A stretch of DNA of 62,434 nucleotides from Candidatus Pacearchaeota archaeon. Lineage in GTDB: Archaea; Nanobdellota; Nanobdellia; Pacearchaeales; GW2011-AR1. This document shows positions 1 through 8,366 of the stretch, in pieces. The translations under genes were made by a program, and so were the position numbers. The notes under the pieces are model-generated. The model had not been told where the DNA came from. It did no database searches and saw only the letters and a program-made list of their open reading frames with translations. Each line of letters opens with the position of its first letter. The stretch's first letter is position 1. The stretch spans positions 1-62,434 of the forward strand of contig JAGVXA010000012.1 in assembly GCA_018304025.1 (NCBI GenBank), written 5' to 3'.

Positions 1-97
1 AAATCAGAAAGTTCATCATGCAATTTAAGGACGCCGTCCTCCGCCGAAGGCGGATTTTTTGCGAAGCAAAAAACCTTTAGGGGACGGAGGATGTCAC
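1..97 (+). mobile_element. Probable right end of an IS200/IS605-family (tnpB-type) element inserted in disA; the rest lies outside the window
   Basis: Ends CCGTCC...CCTTTAGGGGACGGAGGATGTCA(C), resembling the subterminal hairpin plus GGAGGATGTCA end of IS605/IS1341-type elements. The DisA-like reading frame breaks exactly here. Confidence 0.5.
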
Positions 98-547
98 ATT
101 TTTATAGAAAAGAGTTATTTCGCTCCGCCTTTCTGAAATTGCAATCGCGAGAGTTTTGGTTTGTTTTGCTGTTCTTTCTGCTGCCTTGTGCCTTGTGCCT
201 GTTTCAGCTGATTTTATCTGGCTGCTTGGAGTCAGCAAAACGTTTGCGGCGTTTATTCTTTTCATGTCTTTTGACAAGATTAACGCGCCGTCCATTTTTG
301 ACAGTTCGATTAATTTTTGCGGAGTGAATTTGCAATTTATTCTGAATCCTCCGTCGATTATCGGGAGAAGAGACTCGTTTTCTATTACTATCAGCGCGCC
401 CTTTCCGGTTTTTAACGCGCCGTCGATTGCTGTTCTGAAGCTGGTTCCTGGAGCGACTAATTTTAGAATTGACAGGAATTCTTCCTGGGAAACTTTTTCA
501 TTAGCTGTTTTTACTAATAAATCCTGCACATCTCTTTTTTGTTCCAT
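77..547 (-). pseudogene. disA: DisA-like diadenylate cyclase, N-terminal DAC domain, truncated by the insertion
   Basis: APGT..R..IDG, GALIV, ELSKMDGA and ETGTRHKAAER motifs. Stops about 7 codons after TLFYKN, inside the hairpin element. Confidence 0.85.
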
Positions 548-667
548 GGTTATTGGAAAAATGTTTATTATATAAAGATTTATCTTTTGATGGTTAAATC
601 CGTTCGCCAAGATGTCGAACGAGAGATTTATCTTAAGTTTTATATAGACGTTTTGTTTGGTTACGTG

Positions 668-2122
668 ATGAAAAAAGGAGTGTTTATTATTCTGCTAATT
701 GGGTTCTTTCTGATTTTTTCTTATTCTGGGGATTTTATTCCTGTACGGGCGGCTGAAGAGGGACAGTATTTCTGCGACGAAAATAATACATTTTATTTTC
801 CAGGCGGACAATTTCCTTGCACAGAAGGCTGCGACAAAATAAAAGATTGTTGCGGGGCATTAGATGAAGACTGTTGCACGGCTGAAAATTCCGACGACGC
901 AGAATGCAAAGAAGGATTAAGTTGTAGCAAAGAGAAGAAATGTGCTGGAAATTTTACGGAAAATGTTGACGATGGCGGAGAAGATGAGATAATTAATGAA
1001 GAGGGATGTTTTGGTTTGAATGAATTAGAATGTAAACAGAAAGAATTAGAGGGAATTTGCGAGGTTGTGACAAAAAAAGAAATTATTTCGAAGAAAGGCT
1101 GTGAGAAATCCAGAGAGATAGAAGTTTTTGATTCCTGCAATGTTATAAATAATTCGATTCCAGTAATTAAAGTTTTTTTTGTTCAGTTTGGCAGCGAAGT
1201 TAAAAGTCCAGAAGAAATAACTGAGCTTATGGTGTACATAAAAAATGCTTTTGCAATATCCACAGAAAATATTGTAAACCTGGGCTTAACCTATGGCGGC
1301 TTCGTACCATTTCCCTTAGAAAGTTCTACTCGCGATTATTCTTCTGCGAAAGATCTCGGAGAGAATCCAGAGATTTTGCAGGAAGATTTGCCAAGAATTT
1401 GGTATTATTATTACGACCCTTCCAGCGGGGATTCTATTTACAGAGGCAGAAATTATTTCAGAGAAGATATACTTAATGCTTTAAATGCTTCAAATCTGAA
1501 CAAGACAAAATATGATTTAGTTATAGTGTACACTGACGCACAGTTTGAGGGGATGGGGGCTTTTTATTACAGATCGTACGGGATACCATTAATTAGGTTA
1601 AATTCTATTGAGCTGGGAGGATGGAGGATTGCAAATGTTGGTTCTCATTATCAAAATAAACAAAGGACGAATACTTTTATTGCTGAAGAAACAGTGCACG
1701 AAACAGGACATTATATGAGCTTGCAGCATTCTTGTCTGAAATGTAATCAAGACATACTTTCAGAGAGTTGCTGTGATCAGTGCTTGTATAGAGATGATGT
1801 TATGAGCTATTGCAGAACTAGGCCGGTTGATAACAGTAAAAAAGTCAATTCATTTTGTGATTGTAATCTTAATTATATTAAAACAATTTTTATTCCTGGT
1901 TTTATGACCGGCAGATGGCCGGAGATTTATAATACTTCTTCTTCATGCGAGTTATATACCAAAGCGAGTGCATCACAACAAAAAGAGATTCAAGAGAAGC
2001 GCTGTCTCTTCGGGGAGATTTGTTCTTCCTGCGGCGGTGTTGGTGAAGAATGCTGTGAAGGAGAAGTTTGTAATGGCGAGAATAGATGCGATTTGCCTAC
2101 GGGCAGATGCTTAGAATTTTAA
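668..2122 (+). CDS. Secreted Cys-rich metzincin-type zinc metalloprotease
   Basis: MKK plus hydrophobic signal peptide; HETGHYMSLQH zinc motif; DVMSY Met-turn; Cys-rich termini. Confidence 0.75.
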   Translation: MKKGVFIILLIGFFLIFSYSGDFIPVRAAEEGQYFCDENNTFYFPGGQFPCTEGCDKIKDCCGALDEDCCTAENSDDAECKEGLSCSKEKKCAGNFTENVDDGGEDEIINEEGCFGLNELECKQKELEGICEVVTKKEIISKKGCEKSREIEVFDSCNVINNSIPVIKVFFVQFGSEVKSPEEITELMVYIKNAFAISTENIVNLGLTYGGFVPFPLESSTRDYSSAKDLGENPEILQEDLPRIWYYYYDPSSGDSIYRGRNYFREDILNALNASNLNKTKYDLVIVYTDAQFEGMGAFYYRSYGIPLIRLNSIELGGWRIANVGSHYQNKQRTNTFIAEETVHETGHYMSLQHSCLKCNQDILSESCCDQCLYRDDVMSYCRTRPVDNSKKVNSFCDCNLNYIKTIFIPGFMTGRWPEIYNTSSSCELYTKASASQQKEIQEKRCLFGEICSSCGGVGEECCEGEVCNGENRCDLPTGRCLEF

Positions 2123-3867
2123 GATTTATTATGCTCGCGTTCGTGCTTCGGATGCTCGTGTCCGATGGCTTTTCTTTCCCTGATTCTTTTTAGATGCTCG
2201 ATTTTTTCCTTGTTGAATTTTTCCTGGCTCAAGCCGAGTGTTTTAATCAATTGCGCTGTGTGATACCCGCCGAGAAAATGGGGCATGATTATATAATTTG
2301 CTCCTTCTCCGTAAAGTTTTACTGCGTCGTCTAATTGGTGAGAAACGCCGATAAAGACAGCTTCTTTGTTTAATCTTCTTAATTGTTTCAGCAATAAAAG
2401 ATTTGTTTCAAGCTCTGGAATTGTAGAGATAATCATTTTTACTTTTGAGAAATTTAATTCGTCGAGCAGTTCCAAGTCGCCGGCGTCGCCATACTGGCAG
2501 TCAACTCCTTTTTTTTCGAGATACTCGATTGTATTCGGATTGTAGTCGACTATTAGAGTTTTTTTGTTTATTTGCTTCAATGCTTTCAGCAAGTCATAAC
2601 CAATTCTATTGTACCCGAATAAAATTATTTCGTATTGTTCTTTTCCGGAATGAAATGTTTCGTCTATTTGTTTTCCTTTTCTTTCAAATATTGTTAAAGG
2701 TTTGGAGAAAATAGAATAAAGTTTATTTGAATAGTTTATTGCGTAAGTTGAGCCTGCGATTGTTATTAATCCCGCAACTGTTATCAACGACAAAATTTCA
2801 TTTGATAACGGCTCTAAATGTCCGAGTTTAATTCCTAAGAGCAGGATGACGAAAGAGAATTCGCTGATTTGCGCGAGGGACAAGCCGACAAGAAAACCTG
2901 TTCTTTTTGTGTAATTCATTATGCCCATAAAAATCATCATGATTAGCGGTTTGCCGACGAGAACCAGCAGAGAAATTATTGCGATTTGGGGGATGTATTT
3001 GGCGAGATTTACGAAAGTCATTTGAGAGCCGAGGATTACAAAAAATAAGAGAAGGAAGAAATCTCTTAATGGACGCATTCTGGAACTAATCTCGTATCTG
3101 TACGGCGACAGCGAGAGAGTTATTCCGGCCAAGAGCGCTCCGATTTCAATTGAGGAACTGAAATAGTAAAATGTGCTTGCAATGGCAAGACACCAGCCCA
3201 GCGAGAATAAGAGCAGGAGCTCCTGAGATTTGGCTGCGAATTTTGTCAAGTGCGGAAGAACAAAAATTCCGACGACAAACGTTCCGATAATTAACGCAGC
3301 GCCTTTTAGAAGATATTCCAATGTGTTCGTGCTGAGAGACAATGCTTGAACTGAAAGAGAAGAGATTATCAAGACTACCAAGATTGCAATCAAGTCCTGG
3401 ACTATGAGAAAACCGACTGCGAGCTTTCCGTGGAGAGATTCTAGTTCTCCTTTGTCAGAAAATAATTTCATTACAATAACTGTGCTGCTGAACGCCACGG
3501 CAATTGCAACGTACGCAGATATAACTGACGAGAAATTGAAAAGGAGTTTTGATATTGCGAATCCTGCGGCGAAGGTTAGAATTATCTGTCCGAGCCCGCC
3601 GATTAGCGCGACTTTGCCGATGTTCTTTATTACCTTTGGATTTAGGTTCAAGCCGACCATAAACAAAAGAAGAGCTATGCCGAGAGTTGAGAGAGTGGAA
3701 ATGTTTGATTCTGCGCCGATTAAGTTCAGAAAATAAGGGCTGACTAAAATTCCTGTCAGAATATATCCGATAATTATCGGCTGTTTTAGAAATTTTAGGA
3801 TTAGCGAGATGATTAAAGCTATTGCTACAACAGCGCTCAATTCCAGAAAGAAATTTTCTATTACCAT
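2119..3867 (-). CDS. Kef-type cation:proton antiporter (CPA2) with C-terminal TrkA-N/RCK domain
   Basis: Many TM helices, FSSTVIV and IVQD motifs, GYNRIG Rossmann-like motif, YGDA. Confidence 0.9.
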   Translation of the reverse strand: MVIENFFLELSAVVAIALIISLILKFLKQPIIIGYILTGILVSPYFLNLIGAESNISTLSTLGIALLLFMVGLNLNPKVIKNIGKVALIGGLGQIILTFAAGFAISKLLFNFSSVISAYVAIAVAFSSTVIVMKLFSDKGELESLHGKLAVGFLIVQDLIAILVVLIISSLSVQALSLSTNTLEYLLKGAALIIGTFVVGIFVLPHLTKFAAKSQELLLLFSLGWCLAIASTFYYFSSSIEIGALLAGITLSLSPYRYEISSRMRPLRDFFLLLFFVILGSQMTFVNLAKYIPQIAIISLLVLVGKPLIMMIFMGIMNYTKRTGFLVGLSLAQISEFSFVILLLGIKLGHLEPLSNEILSLITVAGLITIAGSTYAINYSNKLYSIFSKPLTIFERKGKQIDETFHSGKEQYEIILFGYNRIGYDLLKALKQINKKTLIVDYNPNTIEYLEKKGVDCQYGDAGDLELLDELNFSKVKMIISTIPELETNLLLLKQLRRLNKEAVFIGVSHQLDDAVKLYGEGANYIIMPHFLGGYHTAQLIKTLGLSQEKFNKEKIEHLKRIRERKAIGHEHPKHEREHNKS

Positions 3868-4014
3868 ACTCTTTTGTTTTTTAGGGAGAAGTGATATTTA
3901 AAGTTTGAGGGAGCAAAATAATTTGGGATGCGGGCTTTTGGACTCATAATATCCTGATGGATAGGTTTAAATTAATTAATTGTTTGATTTGGGAATGTTA
4001 AAAAAGAGGCTACG

Positions 4015-4464
4015 ATGTTAAAGCGGACGCATTTGGCTGTGGCGTTTGCGAATGGATTTTATTTTTTGCCGTATGTAAATAATAAGCTGGTTTTTTTTCC
4101 GGTTGTTCTTTTGTCGACGCTGCTTCCGGATATTGACAATGCGTTTTCTTCGGTCGGACGCCACAAAGTTTTCAGGCCGCTGCAGTGGGTTTTTACTCAT
4201 AGAGGAATAATTCATAGCTACACTTTTGCGATGGTTTTGTCCCTGGTTCTTGCGTGTTTTTATCCTATTCTGGCATTTCCTTTTTTTCTAGGGTATTCTT
4301 TTCATTTATTTTTAGATTCATTTACTGTTCAGGGAATAGCGCCTTTTTGGCCGTTGAAAAAAAGAGCAGAGGGAAGAATTAATACTGGCGGGAGAGTTGA
4401 GAATGCGATTTTTTTCGTGATGCTGATTGTTGATGTTGCTCTGCTGGTTAAGATATTTTTCTAG
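4015..4464 (+). CDS. YdjM-like membrane metal-dependent hydrolase
   Basis: TH, LLPDID, HRGIIHS, HLFLDSFT..GI..FWP motifs. Confidence 0.85.
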   Translation: MLKRTHLAVAFANGFYFLPYVNNKLVFFPVVLLSTLLPDIDNAFSSVGRHKVFRPLQWVFTHRGIIHSYTFAMVLSLVLACFYPILAFPFFLGYSFHLFLDSFTVQGIAPFWPLKKRAEGRINTGGRVENAIFFVMLIVDVALLVKIFF

Positions 4465-4586
4465 TCTTTGTTGAAAATAAATTGGATTTCGGCGCGAATT
4501 GTCGTAACAGTGCGTAATTTGTTAGAAATTCACTTCGTGAATTTCGCGCGCCGAAATTAATTGTTTTTGATTTTTTCAACAAAGCC
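4464..4586. mobile_element. MITE (123 bp) with IS903/IS5-like TIRs and 9-bp TSD
   Basis: GTCTTTGTTGAAAA...TTTTCAACAAAGCC; ATTTTTCTA repeated at 4455-4463 and 4587-4595. Confidence 0.85.
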
Positions 4587-4630
4587 ATTTTTCTAGAAAA
4601 ATTTATAAGTCTCTTTTGATTTAATTTGAA

Positions 4631-5062
4631 ATGGGAAAGATTTTTAAGATTTTACTTTTAGTTTTTCTGGTTATTCTTTTGGCTGCTGGTGTTGCGGGAA
4701 TTTATTTTTATAATTATTATGTTTTTAAGACGATGAGAGTCTGCGTTTCTAACGAATCGAAAGATATTCAGTTAAATTGTACTTCTGATTTGGATTGCAG
4801 AACAAAGATTTTGGAAAATAATACGAAATTTGAGGAAATGATTGCAAATGCTCCTGTTTTTATGCAGGATAAAATGAGGGAAATTTTTGACAAATCGATT
4901 TTCTGTGAAGAAACTTGCAGGATAAAATCTGTTTATGGCGACGGTTTTGGAAAATCTATCGACGGCTGCAATACCGGAGATGAGGAAATTTTGATTGAGA
5001 TTCATGGCAAAGAAGGTGTTGAAGCTTTGAAATTTGCTAAAGAGAATTCCGGCAAAAGTTAG
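4631..5062 (+). CDS. Membrane-anchored hypothetical protein
   Basis: N-terminal TM helix, 6 Cys. Confidence 0.7.
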   Translation: MGKIFKILLLVFLVILLAAGVAGIYFYNYYVFKTMRVCVSNESKDIQLNCTSDLDCRTKILENNTKFEEMIANAPVFMQDKMREIFDKSIFCEETCRIKSVYGDGFGKSIDGCNTGDEEILIEIHGKEGVEALKFAKENSGKS

Positions 5063-5079
5063 CATTTATTTGTTTGAAA

Positions 5080-5589
5080 TTAATTATTTTTAAATTTCGA
5101 GATAATAAAATCCGGCAATGCTCCGAGCTTAAGATATTTTAATTTTGTTTTTTTATCAAGATGATAAAATTCCCTGACTATTTTCCTGCAATTTTTTGAA
5201 CCGCATTTGCAGACCATTGAAAATTCCTCGTCGTTAGGAATGTTCCAATTTTCTTCCCAAGAGGTTGTTGAGTAATCGAATGTTATCTCTTCTCCTTTTT
5301 TTATGTCTTTGATTGCGAACAGTTCGTTTTTGCCTTTTATTCCGGCGTTTGGATTGCAGGAATGGTTAAAATAAAGGTAAGGTTCTTCTATGTCTATGTA
5401 CTTTCTTTTTCCTATTTGCAGAGGATCGTTAATTCTTTCTTTGCCCGACAGGACTTCCTTTCTCATCTGAGGTATGTTTTTTTCTTCTCCTTTCAAGAAG
5501 CAGATTGTTTCTCCTTTTTTTATTTTTTCTGACGCAAAGATTCCTCTATTATCGATGCCTGATTTTTTCACCGTAATTTTTTCTTTCAT
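5080..5589 (-). CDS. SET-domain protein-lysine methyltransferase with post-SET motif
   Basis: RGIFA, YFNHSCNPN, GEEITFDY, CKCGSKNCR. Confidence 0.9.
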   Translation of the reverse strand: MKEKITVKKSGIDNRGIFASEKIKKGETICFLKGEEKNIPQMRKEVLSGKERINDPLQIGKRKYIDIEEPYLYFNHSCNPNAGIKGKNELFAIKDIKKGEEITFDYSTTSWEENWNIPNDEEFSMVCKCGSKNCRKIVREFYHLDKKTKLKYLKLGALPDFIISKFKNN

Positions 5590-5604
5590 TTTTTTGATTT
5601 GCAA

Positions 5605-5677
5605 TAGCCCTACCAGGATTCGAACCTGGGTTACGGGAGCCAGAGTCCCGTGTCCTTGACCGCTAGACTATAGGGCT
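5605..5677 (-). tRNA. tRNA-Gln(CTG)
   Basis: AGCCCTA/TAGGGCT acceptor stem, CGGGA-CTCTGGC-TCCCG anticodon arm, GGTTCGAATCC. Confidence 0.95.
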
Positions 5678-5834
5678 TTTCTCAGACACTATAGTCTTTT
5701 GAGGCGTTAGCCGATTGAGACTATAGGGCTTTTCGTTGGCGCTAGAGATAATTGTTTAAAATGATTTTCTCTTTTAAATGTTGCTAAATAACTTTTTTAG
5801 ATAGTATTTTAAATTCTTCTTCATTTACGACTGA

Positions 5835-6464
5835 ATGGGATTGCTGTTAAAAACTTTTAAAAAATTGAGGGAGTTGCCGGAAGAGGAATTAAAGAAAATA
5901 CCTAAAATTCACCTGCATCTGAAGTATCCTAAATTTTTGATGCTTGTTTTGATATCTTTACTTTCTTATTTTATTTTCAAAGATCCTTTGGTTGCAGCTG
6001 AAATATCTAAACTTCAGTCTTTTAGTTATTTTGGGGTTTTTATTTCTGGAATGTTTTTTGCGTTTGGTTTTTCGGCGCCTCTCGCTATTGGATTTTTAAT
6101 TGTGTCCAATCCACAAAATCTTCTTTTGGCTGCGTTTGCCGGGGGCGCTGGCGCGCTTATATCAGACATGCTGATTTTTAAGTTCATAAAAGTTTCATTT
6201 ATGGATGAATTTGAAAAACTCGAGAAAACTAAAATAGTCAGGGAAAGTGTTTTTATGATTAAAACTCATTTTAGAAAAAGAGTAGTTCATTACATTCTTT
6301 ACGCATTTGCAGGAATTCTTATAGCTACTCCATTGCCTGATCAGATTGGGATTATTCTGCTTGCAGGACTTACAAGCGTTAAGCCGAAATTTTTGGCTGT
6401 GATGAGTTTTGTGATTCATACTTCAGCGATTTATTTGATTCTTTTAGCGAGCAGTTCTTTGTAA
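5835..6464 (+). CDS. Multi-pass membrane protein (DedA/VTT-like)
   Basis: About 5 hydrophobic segments, TPLPD motif. Confidence 0.65.
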   Translation: MGLLLKTFKKLRELPEEELKKIPKIHLHLKYPKFLMLVLISLLSYFIFKDPLVAAEISKLQSFSYFGVFISGMFFAFGFSAPLAIGFLIVSNPQNLLLAAFAGGAGALISDMLIFKFIKVSFMDEFEKLEKTKIVRESVFMIKTHFRKRVVHYILYAFAGILIATPLPDQIGIILLAGLTSVKPKFLAVMSFVIHTSAIYLILLASSSL

Positions 6465-6479
6465 TCGTTAAAAAATATT

Positions 6480-6637
6480 TTTACGCGATGCAATTGGACT
6501 CGCCTGTTTTTATTGGCAAGTCTTATCTGTAAAATTCACTCTGTTTCGGCACGCAATTGGATTTTGCTTCGCAAAATCTTTTCTGTAAAATTCGCTCCGC
6601 GAATTTGGCGTGCCGATGCGAATTTGCATCGCGTAAA
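6480..6637 (+). repeat. Nested stem-loop element (outer TTTACGCGATGC/GCATCGCGTAAA, inner copy 6542-6616)
   Basis: Inner 75 bp identical to 22070-22144, inserted in the AAATTC..GAATTT hairpin of the outer copy. Confidence 0.85.
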
Positions 6638-6674
6638 TAGTTAAATTTATAATCTTTAAATTGTTTAATTTGGC

Positions 6675-6923
6675 ATGGCAGGAAAACAAATCGGAATAAT
6701 TTCCAATTATTTTGAACATGTAAAAGCTGCTGCTATAAAACTGACTGCGCCTTTGAAAGTCGGCGACACGATTCGGATTACCGGTGGAGAAAACGAATTT
6801 GAGCAGACAGTTGAAAGCATGCAGATAAACCGCGAGGAAGTAGAGAGCGGAAAGAAAGGAGATGAGATTGGAATTATTGTTGACGAGAGAGTAAGGAAAG
6901 GATATAAGGTTTTCAAGATATAA
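6675..6923 (+). CDS. Small translation-factor-like beta-barrel protein (EF-Tu domain II-like)
   Basis: IG.ISNYF.HVKAAAI, LKVGDTI, QTVESMQI, GDEIGI. Confidence 0.75.
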   Translation: MAGKQIGIISNYFEHVKAAAIKLTAPLKVGDTIRITGGENEFEQTVESMQINREEVESGKKGDEIGIIVDERVRKGYKVFKI

Positions 6924-7110
6924 CTTCCTATTTTGCAAAGGATTTTAAAGTGATTTCTATAAAGTTATTTAGAGACTTGCGGATAGATTGCTCCCATAGT
7001 CTAAGGTAGATTTAAGAAATCTCCTATGATATTGTAGGCAATCAGAAGCTCCTATAGTCTAAATTGGATTAGTAAATCCTCAAAAGACTATAGGCGCGAG
7101 AAGGAAAGAA

Positions 7111-7277
7111 GCTCCTATAGTCTAGTGGTCAAGGACGTCGCCCTCTCGACTGCCGAGATTTAAGTCGTTGAGATGATAATCTCTGCTCATCTTTGAGCAG
7201 GCACTTTGTTTAGCGCCTTGAGAATTTCTCAGGCACGGAGAACGGCGGAAACCCGAGTTCGAACCTCGGTAGGAGCA
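7111..7277 (+). tRNA. tRNA-Glu(CTC) with 94-nt intron at 37/38 (7149-7242)
   Basis: GCTCCTA/TAGGAGC acceptor stem; CTCT pairs with intron GGAG followed by AA|C bulge (relaxed BHB). Confidence 0.9.
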
Positions 7278-7328
7278 TTTTCTTTTTTAGAAGCAAAGAT
7301 TTTTATAGAATATAATATTGTATAATTA

Positions 7329-7634
7329 ATGGCAATTGGATTTATCATCGCGTTGGTAGTTATGGCGGCAGTTGTGCTTTATCTTTTCCAGGCGCGGAGA
7401 TGGCACGGACCGTTCATTAATTTTTTAATTGTAGTCTTGATAATTGCGCTTATTTTTTCCTTGGTTTTTGTTTACCTGCAGACTCCTGTTGATTTTTCTT
7501 CGCCGCAGGGATTTATGAAATTTACTCAGGCTTATTTCAGCTGGTGGGGTTCGCTTGTGAAAAATACCGGCGGAATAGTTGGGTACGCGGTTAATCAAAA
7601 TTGGGGCGTGAACAACACAGCTCCGACGGAGTAA
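7329..7634 (+). CDS. Small membrane protein
   Basis: Two TM helices; C-terminus resembles that of the next ORF (Y.SW...L....G.IVGY). Confidence 0.7.
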   Translation: MAIGFIIALVVMAAVVLYLFQARRWHGPFINFLIVVLIIALIFSLVFVYLQTPVDFSSPQGFMKFTQAYFSWWGSLVKNTGGIVGYAVNQNWGVNNTAPTE

Positions 7635-7635
7635 A

Positions 7636-7872
7636 ATGAAACTCTGGATGATTTTAGTCAAGTTTTTGTTTATTGGGGGATTGTTCTTAGTCAGCAATCA
7701 CAATCTTTATTTGAATGACGACGCTGATTTGGATAAATTTTTTGAGTTGTATACTAGTTGGCTGAGCCAGTTGTACAGCCAGACAGGTGAAATTGTCGGA
7801 TATGTAACGAATTCTGAATGGCTGCCAGGGCATGAGAGTATTGGGGCTGTTGAAAGTCTTGGCGTGGGGTAA
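7636..7872 (+). CDS. Small membrane protein, distant paralog of the previous ORF
   Basis: N-terminal TM; YTSWLSQLYSQTGEIVGY. Confidence 0.65.
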   Translation: MKLWMILVKFLFIGGLFLVSNHNLYLNDDADLDKFFELYTSWLSQLYSQTGEIVGYVTNSEWLPGHESIGAVESLGVG

Positions 7873-7908
7873 GTTTTTATATGCTTGGGATGATTTGTTG
7901 TGATAGTC

Positions 7909-8005
7909 GCCTCTATAGCTCAGCGGTAGAGTACTACCTTGGTAGAAAGATTGAAAATTTATTCCAAAAAGGTAGGGGTCCCGAGTTCAAGTCTCGGTAG
8001 AGGCT
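7909..8005 (+). tRNA. tRNA-Thr(GGT) with 25-nt intron (7945-7969)
   Basis: GCCTCTA/TAGAGGC acceptor stem; TTGG pairs with intron CCAA, AA|A bulge. Confidence 0.92.
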
Positions 8006-8162
8006 TTTACTTCGTAAAAGCCAATCGAACGCCGCAGTAGCGTCATTCGAGAGGGCTTACTCGCTACATTTATATTTTGATGTGCAGGGGGAAGATTTAT
8101 AAACGATTGTGCGTTAAAGATAACTGTTAAAGATTACCTTTAAAACTGAGCATTAATGCACT

Positions 8163-8366
8163 ATGGGGAAAACGAAAAAAGAGCTGGTAGCAGAACTTCT
8201 TAAGAAAAATACAGACGGGCTTACAATAGTGGAAATATCAAAAGAATTGGAGATTTCTAGGAATACTGTTGCAGTTGCTCTTGCAGAATTAAAGGGCGCG
8301 GAAATGATAAGGGTCAGGCCTGTCGGCAAGGCGAAATTAAATTATTGGGGAGGAAATAAACGATGA
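8163..8366 (+). CDS. Small winged-helix HTH regulator
   Basis: GLTIVEISKELEISRNTV; overlaps the start of the next gene. Confidence 0.8.
   Translation: MGKTKKELVAELLKKNTDGLTIVEISKELEISRNTVAVALAELKGAEMIRVRPVGKAKLNYWGGNKR

Noticed and set aside
6510..6938. 142-aa minus-strand ORF sharing a peptide with YgiQ
   Set aside because: It is antisense to a real gene; the shared peptide is just the repeat element read in the same frame.
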